In this document: one piece after another, positions 57,939 through 64,000 of the stretch | How positions within the stretch are numbered: the first letter of the stretch is position 1 | Layout: every line of letters begins with the position of its first letter | Origin: Rikenellaceae bacterium | GTDB taxonomy: Bacteria > Bacteroidota > Bacteroidia > Bacteroidales > Rikenellaceae | DNA: 64,000 bases | Assembly: GCA_047178625.1 (NCBI GenBank) | Contig: JBCQTJ010000003.1 | Coordinates: forward strand, 22,997-86,996 | Direction of reading: 5' to 3' | The notes under the pieces: generated by a model | The model's input: only the letters and a program-made list of their open reading frames with translations | What the model was told of the DNA's origin: nothing | The model's database searches: none | Position numbers and translations under genes: made by a program

Positions 57939-59498
57939 TTATCGCCCCCAACTATCACGGTCGAGGCTTCGATAGCCGATCGCCTCGGTGATGTGGCTAA
58001 CGGTGATCTGCTCGCTACAATCGAGGTCGGCAATCGTTCGTGCCACCTTGATGATCCTGTCATAGGCCCTCGCCGAGAGTTGCAACCTCTCCATCGCCAT
58101 CTCCAACATCTTCCTCGCCTTAGCATCCAACGGACATAACTCTCTCAACATTCGCCCCGTCATCATCGCATTTGTGGCCGATGAGCTCTCCACTCCGACC
58201 GCCTCGAACCTCTCTCGCTGCCTCTCTCTTGCCGCTATTACCCTTCGCCTTATCGTGGCGCTGCTCTCCTCTGCTCGCTCATCGTTGATCTGCGATATCG
58301 AGACTGGTGCCACCTCTATCTGGAGGTCGATCCTGTCTAATAGAGGGCCCGAGACCCGCCCCAAATAGCGATGCACCGCCCCCGACGAGCAGGTACACTC
58401 CTTGGTCGGGTGGTTATAGTAGCCGCACGGGCAGGGGTTCATCGAGGCCACTAAGGTGAAGTTAGCAGGGTAGCAGACGTTATACCTCGCCCTTGCGATG
58501 GTGATCTGCTTCTCCTCCAATGGCTGTCGGAGAATCTCCAACAGATTACGCCCAAACTCGGGCATCTCATCGAGGAACAAAATCCCGTTGTTGGCCAACG
58601 ACACCTCCCCTGGCTGAGGCGACGATCCGCCTCCGATGATGGCCACCTGCGAGGTGATGTTGTGGGGCGCACGAAATGGTCGTTCCATCATCAAACCCTC
58701 TTTGACCCCCAACTTACCTGCCACCGAGTAGATCTTGGTGGTCTCCAACGCCTCACGCATCGACATCGGAGGGAGTATGGTTGGTAGCCTACGGGCCAAC
58801 ATCGTCTTTCCCGACCCTGGGGGGCCGATCATTATTATGTTGTGGCCGCCAGCCGCCGCAATCTCGAAGGCTCGCTTCACCTGTGCTTGCCCCTTTACAT
58901 CGGCAAAATCTTCGTTATATAGCTCATCCTCACCCTCCTTGTCGAGATCAAATTGGAACGTTGGCACCTTCGTAGGCTCAATCTCACCCATCCCATTGAG
59001 CCAATCGACCAACTCCCTCAAAGAGTCGATCCCCAACACATCAATCCCCTCGACGATAGCCGCCTCTGCACTATTCTCCTTGGGGAGGATTATCCTCTTA
59101 AATCCCCTCTCCTTGGCCCATATAGCCATCGGGAGGGCCCCCTTAATGGGGCGAATCGACCCATCGAGCGACAACTCACCCAAGATCATCGACTCGGAAA
59201 GCGGCTCACTCTCGACCTGCCCCGTCACCGCCAATATTCCGATGGCGATCGGCAGATCATAAGCGGCCCCCTCTTTTCGGAGGTCGGCAGGGGCGAGGTT
59301 GACCACAATCTTCTTCGAGGTCATAATTAGCTTCAGATTCCCGAAGGCGGCGTTGATCCTCTCCTGCGACTCTTTGATGGCGTTGTCGGGCAACCCAACG
59401 AGGTAGAGGCCTATCCCCGAGCCGCCCATATTGACCTCGACAGTGACACCCACTGCGTCGATTCCATCAACCGTTCCTGCATTTATCTTGATAAACAT
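57939..59498 (-). CDS. comM: YifB/ComM Mg-chelatase-like AAA+ ATPase
   Basis: VNLAPADLRKEG..YDLPIA, GPPGSGKT, RPFRAPH, MNPCPCG, SGPLLDRID. Confidence 0.95.
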   Translation of the reverse strand: MFIKINAGTVDGIDAVGVTVEVNMGGSGIGLYLVGLPDNAIKESQERINAAFGNLKLIMTSKKIVVNLAPADLRKEGAAYDLPIAIGILAVTGQVESEPLSESMILGELSLDGSIRPIKGALPMAIWAKERGFKRIILPKENSAEAAIVEGIDVLGIDSLRELVDWLNGMGEIEPTKVPTFQFDLDKEGEDELYNEDFADVKGQAQVKRAFEIAAAGGHNIIMIGPPGSGKTMLARRLPTILPPMSMREALETTKIYSVAGKLGVKEGLMMERPFRAPHNITSQVAIIGGGSSPQPGEVSLANNGILFLDEMPEFGRNLLEILRQPLEEKQITIARARYNVCYPANFTLVASMNPCPCGYYNHPTKECTCSSGAVHRYLGRVSGPLLDRIDLQIEVAPVSISQINDERAEESSATIRRRVIAARERQRERFEAVGVESSSATNAMMTGRMLRELCPLDAKARKMLEMAMERLQLSARAYDRIIKVARTIADLDCSEQITVSHITEAIGYRSLDRDSWGR

Positions 59499-59528
59499 AT
59501 CTTGCTAAGCCTCCCCCTTTTGTGTTAT

Positions 59529-61112
59529 TTAAAACGGAGCCTCCTCGCCACCTTTCGATGGGGTCATATCAAATTCGCCACCTACATTGCTCGATGATAG
59601 CGCACCTCCTATCGAGGCGGCATTGTACGAGCTCTGGATGTCGTCATACTCTCGTTGCGGTTGGCCTCCTCCTCCTGCCGCCGCCGCTATGCTCTTCATA
59701 TCCAACTCGTCGAGGTCGGCAAAGCGAGCCTGCTCCTTGATGAATCGTAGAGGCACATCGCACACCTCGCCATTACGGTGCTTCGCCAAGATGATCTCGG
59801 CCATTCCTGCCGTTGGCAACCCCTCCTCGGTGGCTGTCACACCATAATACTCGGGGCGGTGGATGAAGGCGACAATATCGGCATCCTGCTCGATCGCCCC
59901 CGACTCACGAAGATCCGAGAGCATCGGCCTCTTCGATCCGCCACGTGACTCGGTGGCACGGCTGAGCTGCGAGAGGGCGATGATCGGGATGTTGAGATCC
60001 TTCGCCACCGCCTTGAGGGTCCTCGAGATGAAGGCCACCTCCTGCTCACGGTTTCCTTTGGTGTCGGTCGAGCCCGTCATCAGCTGGAGGTAGTCGATGA
60101 TGATGATCTTGATGTCGTGTTGAATCTTTAGTCGGCGAGCCTTGCTCCTAAACTCGAAGATCGAGAGGGCGGGGGTGTCGTCGATATATAGCGGAGCTGC
60201 ACCCAACGGCTTAGTGGCCGATTCGAGGTGTTTCCACTGCTCGGTGGTGAGCTTTCCTGTCTTGATGTTTGAGCTCGGGATTCCAGTCTCGGCCATAATG
60301 AGTCGCATCATAAGCTGAACCGACGACATCTCGAGCGAGAAGAAGGCCACCCCCTGCTCATAGTCGATGGCCATATTGCGAGCCATAGTCAATACAAAGG
60401 CGGTCTTTCCCATCGAGGGACGAGCCGCAACGATGATCAGATCCGAGAGCTGCCACCCCAAAGTCTTTTGGTCGATGGCCGTGAATCCCGATGGCACACC
60501 GTTGAAGGCGCTCTCATTCTTGGCCGCCTCCTCAATCTGGGTGAGGGCCATCGCCAATATGTCACGTGAGGATTGGACCGAGCGCTTGATGTGTCCCTCG
60601 GCCACCTTGAAGATCTTGCCCTCGGCAAAACCGATCAGCTCGGTCACGTCGACACTCTCGTCGTGAGAGTGTTTGTGGATCAGCGTCGCAGCATCGATGA
60701 GCTCACGCTGCACATATTTCTGGGCGATGATTCGGGCGTGGTACTCGACATTTGCCGCCGAGTCGACCTTTTGAGTCAGCTGTGCAAGGTAGGTCGGACC
60801 CCCCGACAGCTCCAACTCCTTTGTCACCTTCAGCCTCTCGGTTACGGTGAAGAGGTCGATGGGTTGAAGGTCACGAGATAGTGATTCTATGGCCTTGTAT
60901 ATGGTCTGGTGTTGAGGTAGATAGAACGATTCGGGGCTGATATACTCCTGAACAGCGATCACACTATCCTTCTCCAACATCAACGCACCCAACACAGTCT
61001 CCTCGAGTTCGAGGGCACGAGGGGGCACGATACCCACTGGGGTCTCGGTGATATTGTTGTATGCCTCTTTGTTTCTCTGAGAGGGTGTGGAGCTTTTTGC
61101 CATCTTTTTCAT
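59529..61112 (-). CDS. dnaB: Replicative DNA helicase
   Basis: AARPSMGKT, FSLEM, IDYLQL, LSQLSR, SDLRESGAIEQDAD, AKHRNG. Confidence 0.98.
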   Translation of the reverse strand: MKKMAKSSTPSQRNKEAYNNITETPVGIVPPRALELEETVLGALMLEKDSVIAVQEYISPESFYLPQHQTIYKAIESLSRDLQPIDLFTVTERLKVTKELELSGGPTYLAQLTQKVDSAANVEYHARIIAQKYVQRELIDAATLIHKHSHDESVDVTELIGFAEGKIFKVAEGHIKRSVQSSRDILAMALTQIEEAAKNESAFNGVPSGFTAIDQKTLGWQLSDLIIVAARPSMGKTAFVLTMARNMAIDYEQGVAFFSLEMSSVQLMMRLIMAETGIPSSNIKTGKLTTEQWKHLESATKPLGAAPLYIDDTPALSIFEFRSKARRLKIQHDIKIIIIDYLQLMTGSTDTKGNREQEVAFISRTLKAVAKDLNIPIIALSQLSRATESRGGSKRPMLSDLRESGAIEQDADIVAFIHRPEYYGVTATEEGLPTAGMAEIILAKHRNGEVCDVPLRFIKEQARFADLDELDMKSIAAAAGGGGQPQREYDDIQSSYNAASIGGALSSSNVGGEFDMTPSKGGEEAPF

Positions 61113-61194
61113 AGGGTTAGTTACGCTCCAAAAGTACGAAATTTTATTTGGTTTTCGACTAACAATCCCTAAAAATTTATGCTCAAAATATTAA

Positions 61195-61356
61195 GAATCT
61201 GTTTAAGTTTTTCTGCTTAAAAATGCTATGCGCTATTTTGTTTTGATTTTGGATTTTGATATCGCAGCTAATAGCGGGCTATTTGCAAGATAGTAAAATT
61301 CAAAAGCGAAGTGAAAGAGCCTTAGCAATTTAAGTGAGAAAATCTTAAACAGATTC
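61195..61356. mobile_element. 162-bp MITE with 13-bp terminal inverted repeats and TAA target-site duplication
   Basis: TAA-GAATCTGTTTAAG ... CTTAAACAGATTC-TAA; AT-rich imperfect palindrome centred on ATAGCGGGCTAT. Confidence 0.8.
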
Positions 61357-61363
61357 TAAATAT

Positions 61364-62119
61364 TTATGGTTGATGCTTAGGGCCAAATTCTCGGCCCGAG
61401 GCGGCAATGGTGGCAATATAGATCTTGCACGAGGGGACAGCAGCCATAATCGCACTGGCGCACGAGAGCATTGTGGCACCTGTGGTGAAGAGGTCGTCGA
61501 CGATTATTATCGACCTGTTTTCCAACAGTTCGGGGCGCTTGACCGAGAAGAGGCTCTGGACATTATCCCACCTCTCGTTGCGTGAGGTCTTGACCTGAGA
61601 GCGGTTGTATCTTTTGCGCTTGACCGCATTTGTAATGTGCTTAACACCAAGTGATTTGGCCACCCCGCGGGCTATGTAATCCGACTGGTTGTAGCCCCTC
61701 CACATCTGGCGCAGAGGGTGGAGCGGAATGGCGATGACACCATCAATACCATCATAAATATCGGACTTAAGAAGATCCTCGCCCAGCCACATCCCCAATC
61801 CATAGCCGTGATGCCACTCACCGCTATATTTGAATCGGTGGATAAGCTTGCGCCACCTGCTATCCTTATAATAGAGCAGCAGAGCCGAGGCGTGGACAAT
61901 ATTGGGGCAGTGGTGTTTCACCCTCATCGTCATTAGGTTATCTATGTCGAGCGAGAAGTGAGTCAAGGGGCCTTCGTCCTTGCAATTTGGGCAGATATAG
62001 TGTTGATCGCTTTGAAGCTCCTCTCCGCAGATGGTGCAGCGGTGTGGTATCACCATATCTACGAGTGGGCGAAGTGTGCTCTCCCAGATTAGGCGGATTA
62101 TATTATTGAGGGTCAACAT
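61364..62119 (-). CDS. comF: ComF family phosphoribosyltransferase-like protein
   Basis: CxxC...CxxC, FKY, IPLH....RGYNQ, IIVDDLFTTGAT. Confidence 0.92.
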   Translation of the reverse strand: MLTLNNIIRLIWESTLRPLVDMVIPHRCTICGEELQSDQHYICPNCKDEGPLTHFSLDIDNLMTMRVKHHCPNIVHASALLLYYKDSRWRKLIHRFKYSGEWHHGYGLGMWLGEDLLKSDIYDGIDGVIAIPLHPLRQMWRGYNQSDYIARGVAKSLGVKHITNAVKRKRYNRSQVKTSRNERWDNVQSLFSVKRPELLENRSIIIVDDLFTTGATMLSCASAIMAAVPSCKIYIATIAASGREFGPKHQP

Positions 62120-64000
62120 TGTAGCTCAATATGATAGGTTTAAACTCCACGCACTCTCGCCACTCTCGTTCTACCTCTTTGATCACCTCACGGGCCCTCT
62201 TCGACGATGCTCCACTCTCGATTTTGACCATAAATGTCACCAACCACTCGCCCCTAATTCTATCGACTGGAGGGGGGACAGGACCCCTTATGCGGCCTCC
62301 AAATCTCGCCCTCAGGAGTTGGGCGAGGGCGGCAGCCGAGCGGTGTAGCAACCTCACATCCGAGTGGCGGAGGGTGATCATCGTGATGCGAGAGTAGGGC
62401 GGATAGAAGAACTCCTCTCGCTCCTTCAACAGTTCGTGGGCCATCGCCTCGTAGCCATTCTCGCCCACATATCTCATTATTCGATGGTTCGGCTGGCTCG
62501 TCTGGATCACCACCTCGGCATCTACGCCCGAGCGTCGTCCTGCTCGCCCTGCCACCTGAGTCATAAGGGCGAAGGCTCGCTCCTCGGCCCTAAAGTCGGG
62601 GTTCAACAACATATTGTCGGCATTGAGGATCCCGACAAGCGTAACTTTCGAGAAGTCAAAGCCTTTGGCGATCATCTGGGTCCCCACCATCACATCGCTC
62701 TCTTGGCGAGTGAAGCTCCCCACAAGGCGCTCCAACGAGGCGGGGGAGTTGGCGGTGTCACGATCCATCCTGATCGTGCGAGCCGAGGGGACAAACTCCG
62801 AGAGCTGCTCTTCGATCTTCTCGGTCCCAAAGCCCTGGGGGGTGATCTCGCCCACCGTGCAGCTCGGACACCGAGAGGGGAGTGGGGTGGAGTAGTCGCA
62901 ATAGTGACAGCGTAGCGACTGCCCCGATTTGTGCATCGTCAGCGAGACGTTGCAGTGGGGGCAACGGGCCACCCAGCCGCACTCTGTACACTCCACATAG
63001 GGGGCGAAACCTCGTCTATTTTGGAGCAACATACTCTGCTCACCTCGCTCGATTCGCTCCTCGATCTTTTGGAGTAACTCTCTGTTGAAGTGGCCCTTGC
63101 GCTCGCCTCGTCGGCTTGCTCGTCGGGTGTCCGAGATTATGATTCTTGGGAGTTGAGCATCCGAATATCTTTGGGTAAGTTGGGCTAAGGTGAACTTGCC
63201 AGTCGAGGCGTTGGTCCAACTCTCCAACGATGGCGTGGCGCTCCCCAATAGGGTGTGGGCCCCCGTCAGCGAGGCGAGGATATGGGCGCAATCTCGTGCG
63301 TTGTATCGGGGCGAGGGGTCGATCTGCTTGTAGCTTGCGTCGTGCTCCTCGTCGATTACGATTAGTCCTAAGTTGTTGAAGGGCAGGAATATAGATGAGC
63401 GGGCACCCACGACAAAGTTGCCCCCCTCACGGCTCTGAGCCAGTTGGAGGAATGTCTCGGTCTGTTTTTTTTCCGAGATCTTCGAGTGGTAGGGTGTCAC
63501 CCTCGATCCGAAGATAACTCTCATTCGCTCAATTAGTTGGGTGGTGAGGGCGATCTCGGGGACCAACATCAATACATCTCGACTACGGGATAGCTCGTTG
63601 GCTATAAGGTGGATATATACCTCGGTCTTTCCCGACCCAGTAACTCCGTGGAGCAGAGCCGATAAGCGACTTTTATAACCCTCTTCGATTATCCCCTTCG
63701 CCTCCATCTGGTGGGGGGTGAGCTCGGGGAGTTTGAAGGCTATGTGGCCCACCTGCTCGCTCTCCCTCTCTCGCTGAGTTATGGTTACGAGGCCCTTGCT
63801 CTCCAACGCTCTGAGAGGGGCCATTTCACACCCAATGAGTCGACGTGCCACCTCACCCTCTGAGTTCCTTTTTGAGGGGTCGATGTTTATGGTCTCTTGG
63901 TAAGCGTCTTTTTGTTTTCCTCTGAGTTTCAGTATCTTATCTGCCATTTTGTCCGACTCTACAACTCCGATGTAGAGTTCCATCGAGGGGGTGTACTCCG
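62103..64000 (-). CDS. priA: Primosomal protein N' (5' end lies beyond the window)
   Basis: GVTGSGKTEVY, PEIALT, DEEHD.SYKQ, GSATPS, Zn-binding CxxC cluster, GTQMIAKG.DF. Confidence 0.96.
   Translation of the reverse strand, partial: EYTPSMELYIGVVESDKMADKILKLRGKQKDAYQETINIDPSKRNSEGEVARRLIGCEMAPLRALESKGLVTITQRERESEQVGHIAFKLPELTPHQMEAKGIIEEGYKSRLSALLHGVTGSGKTEVYIHLIANELSRSRDVLMLVPEIALTTQLIERMRVIFGSRVTPYHSKISEKKQTETFLQLAQSREGGNFVVGARSSIFLPFNNLGLIVIDEEHDASYKQIDPSPRYNARDCAHILASLTGAHTLLGSATPSLESWTNASTGKFTLAQLTQRYSDAQLPRIIISDTRRASRRGERKGHFNRELLQKIEERIERGEQSMLLQNRRGFAPYVECTECGWVARCPHCNVSLTMHKSGQSLRCHYCDYSTPLPSRCPSCTVGEITPQGFGTEKIEEQLSEFVPSARTIRMDRDTANSPASLERLVGSFTRQESDVMVGTQMIAKGFDFSKVTLVGILNADNMLLNPDFRAEERAFALMTQVAGRAGRRSGVDAEVVIQTSQPNHRIMRYVGENGYEAMAHELLKEREEFFYPPYSRITMITLRHSDVRLLHRSAAALAQLLRARFGGRIRGPVPPPVDRIRGEWLVTFMVKIESGASSKRAREVIKEVEREWRECVEFKPIILSYNVDPQ

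Overview
Core-genome window from a Bacteroidota bacterium, most likely Rikenellaceae/Alistipes-like. This is inferred from gene content, protein style, TAnnTTTG promoter motifs and A-rich start regions without Shine-Dalgarno sequences. It holds about 55 mostly housekeeping genes: exbB-exbD-tonB, mrp, ruvB, ribE, lgt, mazG, two paralogous outer-membrane barrels, deoC, a Phe-biosynthesis operon, pth, rplY, efp, xerD, prmA, recO, an RND pump with an AraC regulator, rlmD, trxB, slyD, metXY, gldE, murG-murC-ftsQAZ, comM, dnaB, comF and a partial priA, plus tRNA-Arg(CCG). No CRISPR array, prophage or transposase was seen. Most of the unusual signal is intergenic. (1) Two orphan sigma54 (-24/-12) promoters each precede a 120-135 nt structured, U-rich, ORF-less unit ending in a U-tract, making candidate sigma54-dependent sRNAs. 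(2) A ~205-215 bp multi-hairpin element occurs three times just upstream of mrp, efp and prmA, with compensatory changes and G-U-only mismatches in its long stem on the mRNA strand. (3) Oriented 10-bp CTCAG/CTGAG arrays appear to coincide with local A/T strand skew. (4) A Phe/Tyr leader-peptide attenuator precedes pheA. (5) There are three further small repeat/MITE families. Coding oddities are a frameshifted vWA gene in a kinase-DUF4954-vWA module, a secreted HzsA-like di-CxxCH protein and a small, very acidic ORF. All assignments come from reading the sequence; no database searches were run.
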